Source of the DNA: Chiloscyllium plagiosum
Taxonomy: Eukaryota
Direction: 5' to 3'
Assembly (NCBI RefSeq): GCF_004010195.1
Contig: NC_057758.1
Span: forward strand, 1,815,542 to 1,879,541
Length of the DNA stretch: 64,000 nucleotides
Both the position numbers and the translations under genes were made by a program. Below, in pieces: positions 50,816-63,329 of the stretch. The notes below the pieces were generated by a model. The model was not told the DNA's origin and did no database searches. It saw only the letters and a list, made by a program, of their open reading frames with translations. Numbering within the stretch: the first letter of the stretch is position 1; every line of letters begins with the position of its first letter.

Positions 50816-53800
50816 CAGGGGAAGGCTGAGGTAGAGGTGGGCAGCCCACAAGGTATAGGTATGCCCCTTTCCTTTATGCTTGGCAATGAAAACTCGCTTA
50901 TGCTTACCTCTTCTACTAATCTGACGGGGGCACTGAGACATGTCACACCTCTACGTTGAGTGCTGAGATTGCGAAGTGTGGACAGTAAGTCCAATATCAC
51001 AATGATGCATGTAAGTCAATGCCCACCTCTATGTTATATGTGGAAGGTACATCAGTTGCCTTTTTGGTAGATACATGGGCAACATATTCAGTCCTTACAT
51101 TATGCAAGTTTAGACTTCAACACAAATAAAGATGAGTGAAAGGTTCCTGAACACAATGGGTGCATCAGGCGTCGTGGTGCGGGAGAGATTTTCCGCACCC
51201 CTATTGTGCGAAACTGCTAAAGGGGAAACTTTCCAATTCTCCTTCTTGTTATTGGAATTTTGTACTTTAAATCTGATGGCTTGGGATCTCATAGTGAGAC
51301 TGGGGTTGGACTTGGTCAGTACTCCCACGGGATTGCAGGCAATTCAAAGGGAAGGTTTACCAGTGCAGGCTGGAAAATATGAACCACGACCCCTGATGTA
51401 TGTCTATGAGTGGCGATTATGCCAGAGAGTGATAAGGCCAGAGAGTGATAAGTTCAGTGAGTGATTCACTCACCCTGGATGCAAGCAACCATGTTAATCC
51501 TATTAACACCGACTTTCGTGATGGAGATATGCTGCACTGCACAGCACACATACACCATGATGGCCCTGACAAACCATATGAGAATGAGTGGTTCAGGTGA
51601 TTGGTTAGACCAGATCACTTGTCATTGTGCTATTTTTATTGGAGCGACCACAGATGTGCAGTCAGTGTAAACTTATGTAAGGTATCTGTAACAGCAAGTA
51701 GACCCTATTTCTTTTTATGTGGAAGGCTCCACTTCTCACTTGTCACTGACAAAGGCGTCTGGTGTCAGGTGGCAGGATTTGGGACCATGGGTGCTAAAGG
51801 CACAAAGAACGAAAGGTTGGGTCTTCAGTGACGACGTGGGTGTCTGGTTCAATGCAGATATTCGAACATATAAAAATAAACTAAATTGGCTAACTTGGGC
51901 AGATAGGACAGTCCAGGTAATCCCCGCTAGCCCTGAAAAGCCAAGGGGGATAGCCTGTCGCTTCCCTAAAATAGAAGTCTCAGACCCAAGATTAAAAATG
52001 GTCCCTAATGAATTGTGGGCAAAGGGCAAACATGATGTGGGGCTCATACGGGGCTCTGAGCCCATAAGGATAACCCCGACGTCTGAGTATCGTCCTTGCA
52101 GAGCACAATACCCGTTAAAACCTGAATCCATAGAAGTAATCACTCCAGTCTTTGAATCCCTCCTAAAGGCTGGAGTGATATTCCTTCACGCGACTTTGTC
52201 AAGGTTACTGTGAGTCCCCCACCATATATAATGAGGCTCTACGCAGGAGTCTGAAGACTCTTGCTCTAACTCCGGAGTCAGCACTTTTTTGGTATGTAGA
52301 TGATCGCTTGATAGCGGCGCCAACAAAGGAACAATGTGAGAAGGATACCCTTGCGTTGCTCTGCCATTTAGCAAGGGAAGGGCACAAAACCAGTCTCACA
52401 AAGCCAGAATTTGTACAACAGGTGAAGTTCTTAGGTCACTTATTATCTGAACAAGGGAAGGCTGTTGGTCAAGACAGAGTTCAAGCAATCCAGCAAATTC
52501 CAAATTCTCACACGAAGAAACAATTACTATCCTTTTTGGGCATGTCCTCTTACTGTAGAACGTTTATCCCACATTACGCAATCCTTGAGGCGCCCTTAAG
52601 TGACATAGCCCATGGGAAAGGTTTGCAGAACCAGAGTCCGTTGCAGCGAACCCCAGAGGCCTAGTATGCCTTTGTTGAATTAAAAAAAAAGGCGCTCTAA
52701 ACTACACCTACGCTGGGGAATTCGAATCCAAACAAACCTTTTGTACAAACGGTAGATGAGAAGCGTGGCTGCATGAGATCTGTGCTGTTGCAGGATCATG
52801 AAGGAAGATTGAGGCCAGTGGCATATTTTTCAGCAAAACTAGACCCCATAGCGGCAGGATTGCCAAAATGCCTGCGCGCCGTGGCTGCAGCTGAAAATGC
52901 TGTTGTAGCGTCCAGGGGTATAGTTGGCTACAGTGAACTAACCCTACTGGTCCCACATGCAGTATCCTTACAGCTGTCCAAACAAAGGATCGCGCACATG
53001 CCAGCAGCACGTTGGCTCAGATATAATGCTGTGTTATTGGAGATGCCTAACATTACAATAAAGCGATGTAACGTCCTTAATCCTGCTAGCCTTCTCCCCG
53101 CAGAAGGAGACGGAGACGCACATGATTGTGTCGCTGTAACTAATGAAATTTGCAGCCCCAAACCAGATTTTCAGGATTCACCGCTTCAGAATCCGGATAT
53201 GGAGATTATTTTGTGGATGGGGCAGTATTCAGGAGCAAGGAGACAGGTCAGAATTGTGATGGGCATGCTGCAGTAGCTACCTATGAGATAGTGAAAGCGG
53301 GATCACTAACGTCTCTTCTGTCAGCGCAAGTCGTAGAGCTGATTGCCTTGACTGAGGCCTGTGAATTAGCTGATGGTAAGAAAGTGAATATTTACACCAA
53401 CAGCAGATGTGCATTCGGAGTTGTACATGATTTTGGAACCCTGTGGAAACCCTGTGCTTCTTGACCTCCACTAGAAAACCCATCCCATACCGTGGCCTGA
53501 TTTCTGACCTCCTCGAAGGGCAGACTCAGCAGCAAAAACAGCAGCCCAGCAGCCAACAAGTGAGCAGATTGACATGTGTATGACAAAATTTTGTACCCCA
53601 ACAAAGACGTACAGAAGTTACAGTCACAGGCCACACCAGAAGAAAAGCGTGAGTGGACGAAAGCAGGATGCAGTGTGAGAGAAGGAGTATGGTGTGGTCC
53701 TAATGGTAAACCCTGTCTACCACAATCATTGTTTCCATTCTATGCCAAACTGACACCATGTCTCAAAAGGGGGGATGTACGACAGTATTTCCGCACACTG

Positions 53801-54690
53801 GTACACTAAGGGATTTACTCATTACTCCCAGAAATATTGTGAACGTTGTGTTATCTGTGCCACTAATAATGTGGGGAGGGGAATTCAGATGTGTTAGGCA
53901 GCACACCCCAACCCCAAAAACCTTTTGAACATTTACAGATGGATTTCATTGAACTAACTCCCAGTGAAGGGAAAAGGTATTGACTGGTAATAGTTGATAT
54001 GTTTTCCAAATGGGTGGAAGCATCCCCCACATCTAAACAGGATGCCAATTCAGTAGCCAAAGCTTTGCTCACAGATAATTCAGAGATGGGGCATCCCTGA
54101 AAGTCTTATTAGTGACAACGGGACACCATTTTTCAATAATGCCTTACAGCAGATCAGTGATTACTTGGGAATAAACATGAGACAACACTATGCCTACCAT
54201 CCAGCGAATGGTCGGACAGTGGAAAAAGAAACTGCTACCCTAAAGAATAAATTTACAAAATGTTGTGAGGAACTAGGGGTGACATGGACAAAGCATATCC
54301 GATTGTGCTGGTGTACATGAGATCTAGGAGGCGAGGAAGAGCTCATCTTAGCCCTTTTGTTTGGTAGACAGCCCAACACAGGAATTGGTCCAAGACCTAA
54401 GGTAAGACAGATAACAGGCCACTGTGAGCATGAGATGTTGTGATATTGTAAAAAGCTATCTACACTTTTATCTCAAATACAAAATCAAGTGAAATCAGCA
54501 CTACCTCAACCAGCCGAAAAGAAGCGGCTCGATCTACAACCAGGAGACTGGGTAGTGGTGAAAAATTTCAGAAGGAAAAACTGGAAGGCGAAGAGGTGGC
54601 TTTCAAGTGCTCCTTCCAACACAGAGAGCAGTTAAGATTGCAGAAAGAGCCACGTGGATACATGCCTTATCATGCCGTTGACGAGTGTGA
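50816..54690 (+). pseudogene. pol: ERV pro-pol (PR, 2H, RT with deletion, RNase H, IN)
   Basis: FLVDTWATYS; QYPL; YVDD 52293-52304; FVDGA and SAQVVEL; HLQMDF, SDNGTPF, TWIHA. Confidence 0.9.
51400..51910 (+). other. 2H phosphoesterase domain in pol
   Basis: LHCTA (His 51535-51537) and SHLSL (His 51737-51739), followed by WQDLGPW. Confidence 0.75.
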
Positions 54691-54878
54691 CGTGTGAACA
54701 GGGGATGTGTGCAGGGCACACCAGAGCAAGAGACGATAACACCACAAAGCTGTTTTTTTGGATAGGTGGTGTCTGAGGAAAAGCCTGGTGTTGCCTAAAC
54801 ATTTTCTGATATATAGCTATTTTGGCTCTTTTTTTATATATATAGTTACTGTAGTTGTCCTTGTTGTCATAAAATGAC

Positions 54879-54893
54879 AAAAAACGGGGAAAA
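54879..54893 (+). promoter_or_regulatory. Polypurine tract
   Basis: aaaaaacggggaaaa abutting the 3' LTR. Confidence 0.75.
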
Positions 54894-55357
54894 TGTAATG
54901 GAAAATTATCCATTTACTGTGTAATTAATTATCAATTTTCTGCGAAATTTAAAGAGAGTGAGTCAATTTTAAATCAATGCTGTACTGAGCTTTGTAAAGG
55001 ATGCTGTACTGTGCTTTGTAAACTCTGCTGGTCACATTCTCAAAAGCAGTTAGCTTATCTCTGTTCGAATTCTGTAAATATTCAACTCGAACTTGCAATA
55101 ACCGAACTCAGCGAAAGCTGAATAACTGTTATATCTAGGACCAGGGGACGAGAGGGTAACAACTTGAGTTATCCCAGTCTCTGCCCCAGAGATTGTGATA
55201 AGGAACGCTATAAGACAGCCATCTTGTAAATGTTTAGGTACTCATTGCATTGAGGCATCTGGTTTAGTGCAATGAGTCAATCTTGTAAGATTTTTAATAA
55301 AGACCCTTGCTTTGCTCTTGCTAATTATTGAGTCAAGTCGATTTAATTTCCACGACA
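54894..55357 (+). repeat. 3' LTR
   Basis: Roughly 90% identical to the 5' LTR by eye, outside one indel block. Confidence 0.95.
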
Positions 55358-57605
55358 CCAGCTTTCGTTATCCCTCATTTTTTCCTGAAATACCCGTATT
55401 CAGATACTTGTGTGTCTTCCTGTTTTCGTGACCAAAGTGGATAACGTCATGTTGATGACATTATGTAGCCTTTACCAAGTATTTATCCATCAACCAGCCT
55501 ATCCAAGTCAGTGTACAGCCACTTAGCAGTCTCCTCACACCACCTTATTGCCATTTGCAAATTTGGAGACGTTGCGTCAAATCTTTTGTCCAAATCATTC
55601 ATGTGTTAGCTCCGGTAGTTAGCGCTGAATTCTGCAATACCCCACTCGTCACTGTCTGCCACTCTTTGCTTCCTATTTGTGAACCATTTACATATCCATG
55701 TCAATACAGAACCTCTGATACCATTAAGTTCAAGTTTGCTTACTAATCTGTTGTGTGGAACATTGTCAAAATTGTATTGAATCCCAGGTGCACAACACCT
55801 GCAGATTCGCAATTGTCCACTCTGCTGGTCACATTCTCAAAACAATCTAGATGATTTGTGAAATATGGTTTCCCTTCAGTGTGTCCATACTGACTTGGAA
55901 ATAATCTGTCACTGCATTCCATTTTCCCTCCCATTGAGATCAGTCTAAACGGTCGATAATTCCCTGCTTTCTCTCTCCTTACCTTAAAAATACGCATTGT
56001 TGTTATATTAGCTACCCTTTCGTCTATTGGAACTCTTCCAGAGTTTATCGAATGTCAGAAGATAATCAGCAATGCCTCCACTCTTTCCGGAACCAGTTCC
56101 ATAAGTATTTTGCCATGCAGAGCATCAGTCCCTGTGTTCTTATCAGATTCTAAAACCAGTAATCTTCATGAAACTATTTCCTAGTTCATAAGGGTCTCAT
56201 GCTTCAACCTCAAACGCCCCCATCCCCGCCCCAGTATTTCAGCAAGTTTTTTTCTCTTCTGCTGACTGAAGACATATCCAAAGTGTTTGTACAATGGTCT
56301 GATATCTCTGTTGTTCATTATAAATTCACCTGATTGTAACTCTAAGTCACCTACATTTGTCTTCAGCAGTCTTTCTTTTCATTCTACACATATTAATACA
56401 ATCTGTTGCGGTCATTTTCTGTTTTCTGCAAACTAACTTCCAGTTTCCATTTTTCCCTTGTGAGTTACACCCTTTGTCTTCCTTCGCTCAATTGCAAATT
56501 TCTCCCATTTCTTAGATTTGCTGCTTTTCCCGACCAGTCCTTATTTTTCACACAGTTCCTGATTTCCCTCAGGCGGTATCATTGATCTAATTTTCCTCTT
56601 TTTATTTTGCACACCAACGATATGCACAATTATTCCTTTAAATATCTACCATTACCTATCCACCATCAACCCGTTCATTATCCTTTGCTAATTTATCCAA
56701 TCTAATGTATGCATCATACCATCAAATATAGCTTTCTTTAAGTTCAGAATCCGAGTCTCACTGTCACTGTCCACATTAACGAAACATTCTGCCTTACGAT
56801 CTTTAATTTTCCTCAATGGATCTCGCATCACAATTTTGTTAATTAATGTTGTTTCATTGCACAATATCCAGTCGAGGAACACCTGTTCGCTGTTTGGCTC
56901 TTCGACATAGTGCTGGACGAAATCATCTCCACGTCATTCCAGAACATCCTGCTCCATCATATTTTGCAAGTTTGGTTAGTCCAATCAAAAGTAAACGAGA
57001 TTCACTCGTAAAGATCTCTGTGTCCTTACTGCATGCATTTATGCTTTCTTGTTTAATATCATACCCAACCTCGTACCTACAGTTTGGTTGTCATTACACA
57101 ACTCCCTGCAGTTTGTCATTTTACCTGTTGCTGTTCCACAGTTCCCCCGTACAGATTTCACATTATCCAGGCCAGTATGATTTCTTACTATTGTGTCAGT
57201 TTCCTCCATAGCCATCAACACTATCCCAACTCCATTTCGTTTCCATTTATATTTCCTGAAAATTAATTATCCTATTCTTCATCACCCTGGAGGCAGGTCT
57301 TGATGATACCAATCATATTATAATCGTTTCGAAACTTTGCTTAGAAAATTTAATCACCTTATTACAAGTGCCCCTTGCATGGAGACACAGAACCTTCAGA
57401 CATGTTTTGACGTTCATTGCACTTTTTGAATTGTGATGTATCTTTCTGCATTTTTTTCTGGGTTTTCTCAGACTTCAAATTTCCACGTTCTGCCTTCTGC
57501 TTCTGTCCCCACTTTACTTCTCTAGAACTTACTGCTTTGGTTTGAATCGCCATGCCATATTACTTGAAACTCTCCACAACAGCACAAGAATTCATTACTA
57601 GGCAA

Positions 57606-57836
57606 AAGTGAAGACTGCAGATACTGGAAACCGGAGTTTAGATCAGAGTGGTGCTGGCAAAGCACAGCAGCTCAGTCAGCATCCGAAGAGCAGGAAAATC
57701 GACGTTTTGGACAACAGCTCTTTATCAGGATTAGCCTCTATTCCTGATGAAGGGCTTTCGCCAGAAACGTCGATTTTCCTGTTCCTCAGATGCTGCCTAA
57801 CCTGCTGTGCTTTGCCAGCACCACTCTGATCTAAAC
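57606..57836. mobile_element. Palindromic pair of PLE pLTR fragments; plus-strand hammerhead motif at about 57744-57771
   Basis: tttagatcagagtggtgctgg...ccagcaccactctgatctaaa. Confidence 0.85.
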
Positions 57837-58867
57837 CCAAAATACATTACTCCTAGGACATTCGTTCCCTTCCTGAACATGTGAGACCGTCCAGTTTGTA
57901 GTTGTTCCCACTTCACCCAGAACACTTTCCAATGTCCCAGGAATTTTAATATCTTCCTTTTCCACCGTTCTTCAAGTCACATGTTCATCTTCGCTATCCT
58001 GCTATCCGATGAGCATTGGTTGCAATCACAAGATTACTAACTTTGGGATTCTAAATTTCGTGTAACGACTAAGGCCTTAAATTCAGCTGATTGTACCTTG
58101 TCATTTTTATAAACCTATTTCATTGTGCTTATTTTCACCGCGTCAGCTGGCCGTTGACTACCCCCGACAGAAGGTCCGCAGTCGCTCTGAGATATCCATG
58201 ACTCATGCACCAGGAAGCAAACAAACTCTCTTTTGCGGCTGCAGAAACATCTATCTGTTTCCCTTAGAAGTGAATGCCCTATAACTGGTAATCTGTCACT
58301 CTTTTTTCTGACTTCCTGTAGCAGACGAAGAGTTTATTCTCAAAACGTCGAATCTGCTGCTCCTCGGATGCTACCTGACCGGCTGTGCTTTTGCAGCACC
58401 CTACTCTTCGACTCTGACCACCAGCATCTGCAACCCTAACGTTCTCATGTGGAGCAGAGCAAGGCACGATATCATGAAACTGGCAACTGCTGCATATCCC
58501 TGGCAAGCCATCTTCTCCAAAAGTATTCAAAGTTGTATGCTTGCTGTCGAGGGAGATGACTGTAGGGGACATGTGCAATACCTTGCCACACTTCTTCTGT
58601 CTGGTAGTTACCCATTCCCTATATTCCTGAGTACTTTTTTTCTGTGATGTAATCAAATTACTGAACGTGCCATCCGCGATTCGCTCAACAGCTGTCTCGC
58701 AGTCAAATAGGAGCTGGAGTTCAATACTCATTCTGCACGTGAGGGAGTCACGAATATCAGAACAGTGTCATCATAAAGTGGAGGCATTACATCGGCCTGG
58801 GATCTCCTGCCATGACTTAACCTTTAACTAACTTAACAACAGCAGCAACAACGTCAAGAGAAACTAA

Positions 58868-59860
58868 GAGAAGAAAATTTATAATCTGGATGTAGGTTTG
58901 CTCGCTGAGCTGGAATGTTCATTTCCAGTCGTTTCATCACCCTACTAGGTAACATCTTCAGTGGACCTCCGGGCGAAGCATTGCTGCTGATTCCTGCTTT
59001 CTATAATATGTTTGGGTTTCTTTGGGTTCATTTCCTGTGGTGATGCCATTTCCTGCTCGTCTTCTCGGGGGTGGCATAGAGTAACTACACAGAGCAGAGG
59101 AAAATCACCGATACCGTGTATTCATATAGAGTGGGTACCCAATGAACACAGTCAGCCCATTTCTCAGCAACACACCCAAACAACAGATAAAACTTGCCCA
59201 AACACCCCAGCCACTCTCCCCTAGGTCAAAGACATCTCGGAAATAACTGTCAGCCTACTCAGACCCCTTGACATCATGGTGGCCTACAAACTCACCAACA
59301 CACTAAAACATCAGTTAATGAACTTGAAAGATCCTATACAGACAATAAACAAAAATAATGTCATTTTCAAAATACCGTGCAAAGTGTGTAACAAACATTA
59401 CTTTGGACAAGTAGGCAGATAACTAGCCACCATTATACACGAACATCAACTAGCCACAAAACTACACGACCCTCTCTTACTAGTATCATTGCATACAGAT
59501 AAGGAAGGACACCATTTCGACTGGGACAACACATCCATTCTAGGACAAGCCAAACAGAGGCACGCATGATAATTCCCAGAAACATGGCGATGCAACCGGA
59601 ACTCTATCAACAAATACTTCGAGTTAGACCATGTCTACCACCCGGTGATAAAAAGATCAGGAAATGACATCACCGCAGGAAATGATATCACCAACCCAAA
59701 GAAACCCAAACATATAAATAGAAAGCAGGAATCAGCAGCCGTGGCACACAGAAGATGTTACCTAGTAGGATGACGGAACGTTTATAAATGAATCTTTCAG
59801 CTCAGTGAGCAAACCTACATCCAGACCCTCAACCTGATCTACAAATCTTCTCAAAACTCG
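58868..59860 (+). mobile_element. Penelope/Poseidon-type PLE 3' part with an inverted pLTR at its 5' end
   Basis: NVIFKIPCKVCNKHYFGQVGR*LATIIHEH (GIY-YIG); 58868-59070 is the inverse of about 59640-59850. Confidence 0.85.
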
Positions 59861-59989
59861 CGAAAAGGTTATAATGATGAAAGGCCTATGATGATGCCTC
59901 TGAACATGGTGGACCATGAGCACTACCTGAGGAACTCCAGCGGAGATGTTCAGGAGCTGACTTTCAATAACCACAACTAAATGCAATTT

Positions 59990-62900
59990 TAAGGTTAGTC
60001 AAAAAGGGAAATGGAGGCATACATAAGCTTAAGGAAACTGAAGACAGAGTAAGCACAAGATAGCATTAATTAACTCAAACAATGAATTAGGGTGTGGGAG
60101 GCAATATATTTGCCAACAGGATTAAGAAAACATTAGAGGAATTTTATACTGATATTAGGAGCAAGAGGGGAGTTAGGGAAAGAATTCCTGCACTGAGAAC
60201 AAAGTACAAAATTGACACGTGGATCCTGAGGAAGTGGATGAGGTCCTTCAGGAATTTTTGACAATGAGGAAGTACATGGTGGTTTGAGAGTCTCCGAAGT
60301 GGTCTGTTGATATGCTGGGGCATAACAATATGTAAAAGCAGGCTGTGTTGGATATTTTGATAAGCATGAAGGTCGACAAAATCTCAGGTTGTGACAAGAT
60401 CTATCCCAGAATGCTGAGGGAGGCAGTTGAGGAAATTCCTGGGTCCTTGTATTAAATCTTTAGTCATAGGAGAGGTCCCAGTCGACTGGAGAAGAGTGAG
60501 TGATATTTCTTTCTTGAAGAAGGTCAACAGCTTGAATCGTGTAATTACGGGCCAGGGCACTATATGGTACTTGTGAGGAACTTATTGGCGAACGTTCTTA
60601 TTGAGAGCATTTACACACATTTGTAATCATATGGGGACATGGTAGGGGCATTACTTTGTTCAGGGGAGGTGCTGACTCTCAAACTCAGTCGTGATTTTTT
60701 TAAGTCACAAAAATTACCACTCTAATAATGATGTTTGTATGAACTTCAGCAAGGCCTTTGACAAAGTCCTTAATAATAGGCTGAAAAAAAGGAGAAATCA
60801 TATGGAATCTGCAATGAACTGATAAGATCAATTTCGAGGTAGCTTTCTCACGGAAATAGGGTAATTGTGGAAGAGAATATTTCAGAGTAGTGATTTGCGA
60901 CCCGTTATGTTCCATGAGGATCAGCGCTGCAATATGGATTTCACAACTGTGCTGAAGGACGGCAGGACGGAGAACTCCAGCAGTGAGGCAAAATGTGCAG
61001 AGCTCAAAAATAGAAAGGGTGCGGTATCAATGTTTGGGTTGTATTATGGGCCTCGCAACGCCAGATGGACATGCTTATGTGGAGGGAGGTGATAAAAAAA
61101 TGTAGGAGCAACAGGGTGGTGATGATACGAGTTTTTAATTTTCCCAACGTTCATTGGCATTCGCTTAGCGTTAGAGGATTGGATGGAGCAGAATTTGTAA
61201 GGAGCATCCACAGCGTTTTCAAGAGAATTGTGTAAGTAGCCCAATTCATGAAGGGCCAATACTAGAGCTGGTGTAAAGAAATAAACCCAGCCAGGTGGTT
61301 GACGTTTCAGTGGGAGATTATTTTTGGAATAGTGATCACAATTACGTACGTTTTAAGATACTCATGGACAAAGACGATTGTGGTCCTAAAGGAGGAGTGC
61401 TAAATTGGGGGAAATGCCAACGATACTAAAATTCGGCAGACGCTGGGGAATGTACATTGGGAGCAGCTGTTTGGAGGGAAATCCACATTCAATATATGAG
61501 CGGCTTTTTAAGTGAAGTTGATTAGAGTTCAGGAGAGATATGTTCCTGTGAAAATGAGGGGTAGAATTGGCAAGATTAAGGAAGCCTGGATGACAGGTTA
61601 AATTGTAGGACTAGTGCAGAGGAAAAAAATACGGACATCAGGTCCAAGCGAATGACGTCAGATGAAACTTTCGAAGAATATCGAGAACGTAGGACCAATC
61701 TGAAACGGCGAATTAAGGGGGTAAAAGAAGTCATGAGATATTTTTAGCGAGCATATTTAAGGAAACGCCCAACACCTTTTATTCATAAGTAAGAAGTAAG
61801 AGGAAAAGTATTGGTCTACTCAAGGACAAATGACGAAACATCTGTGTGTAGTTAGAGAAAATGTGTAAGATTATTGGTGAGTACTTAATTACAGACCTGT
61901 GAGCTTGACGTAAGTGGGAGGGAAGCTGGAGAAGATACTAAGGAGTAGGTTATATACCCATTTGAAAGTTTATGGGGTTATCGGTGATAGGCAGCATGGT
62001 TTTGTGCAAGGAAGGCCATGCTTTACAAACCAAATAGAATTCTTTGAAGAGGTGACAAAGTTGATTGGAGATGGACGGAATGCAGCTCTCATATAAATGA
62101 ACTTTAGTAGGGCGTTTGAGAAGGTTCCCCATATCAGGCTGATGAAGAAGGTGAAGTCGCACGTGACCACAGTTGTTCGATCTGGATGGATAGAGAACAG
62201 GAGCCAGAGAGTATTAGTGGAAAGGAGATTCTCAAAATTGAGACCTGTGACCAATGGTGTCCCACAGGGATCCGTACTGGGACCACTGTTGTTTGTGGTA
62301 AACAAAAATGATTTGAAGGAAGGCGTATGTTGCCTTTATAGTAATTTTGCAGATGACACTAAGATTGGTAGAGTTGCAGATAGTGATTGGGAATTTCAGA
62401 GAATACAGGAGAATATAGACAGATTGGAGAAATTGCAGGTGGAGTTCAATCAGAACAAATGCGAGGTGATGCATTTTTGAAGATCCAATTCAAGAGCAAA
62501 AGATACGGTAAATGGAAAAGTCCTGGAGAAAATTGATGTACAGAGCGATCTGGGTGTTCAGGTCCATTGTTCCCTGTAGGTGGCAAATCAGGTCAGCAGA
62601 GTGGTCAAGAAGGGTACTGAATCCAAGAGTTGGCACGTCATGTTTCAGTTGTAACAGACTTAATTTCGGTCATATTTGCAATGCTGTGTCCGGCTCTGGT
62701 CGTTGCATTACTAAAAAGATGCTGATGCTTTTGAAAGGGTGCAGAGGAGGTTAACCAGGATGTTGCCTGTTATGGAGGGTGCTAGCTATGAGAAGAGGTT
62801 GAGTAGCTTCGGATTATTTTCATTGGAAAGAAGGCGGTTGAGGGGGGATCTGATTGAGGCCTACAAAATCATGAGAAGTATAGACAATATGGATTGCAAG

Positions 62901-63160
62901 AAACTTTCTTTTCTTTATCAGAGTGGACGTCTCAATTATTCGGGGTCACGAGTTGAAAGTGAGAGAGGAAAAGATTAGGGAAGATAAACATGGGAAGTTC
63001 TTTACACAGAGAGTGGTCGGTGTCGGGAATGCATTGTTGGTGGAAGGAGCGGGAATAATCGCATCATTTCAGATGTATGTAAATAGATGGCAGATATAGG
63101 TAGAGGATATGGATCAGCTCAGGCTTGGAAGGCCTAAGGGCCTGTTCCTGCGCTGAACAC
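59990..63160 (+). mobile_element. Two decayed CR1 copies (EN and RT)
   Basis: QHGFVQGRPCFTN, GVPQGSVLGPLLF, FADDTK, RGDLIEAYK. Confidence 0.9.
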
Positions 63161-63329
63161 CTGCTCCTTTTAATACCAAATATTTATTTGAAAAGCGACA
63201 ATGATGATTTCATTGGGAAGTTTTCGGGTGACACAAAGATATAAGGATATGTAAACGGTGAAGCTGACTGCCAGAGGATACCAGAGTACACAGATAAACG
63301 GAGAGTTGGACAGAAAAAATGGCAGTTGC

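Larger units (their letters stand above)
48227..55357 (+). mobile_element. Endogenous retrovirus, class I epsilon-like, env-less, defective
   Basis: TG...CA LTRs, PBS, gag-pro-2H-RT-RH-IN order, PPT; 4-bp TSD ccat/ccag (one mismatch). Confidence 0.95.
47790..58830 (-). mobile_element. Long decayed CR1 interrupted by the ERV
   Basis: CR1 sequence continues across 48226/55358; FDNVPHNRL, GNYRP. Confidence 0.75.
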
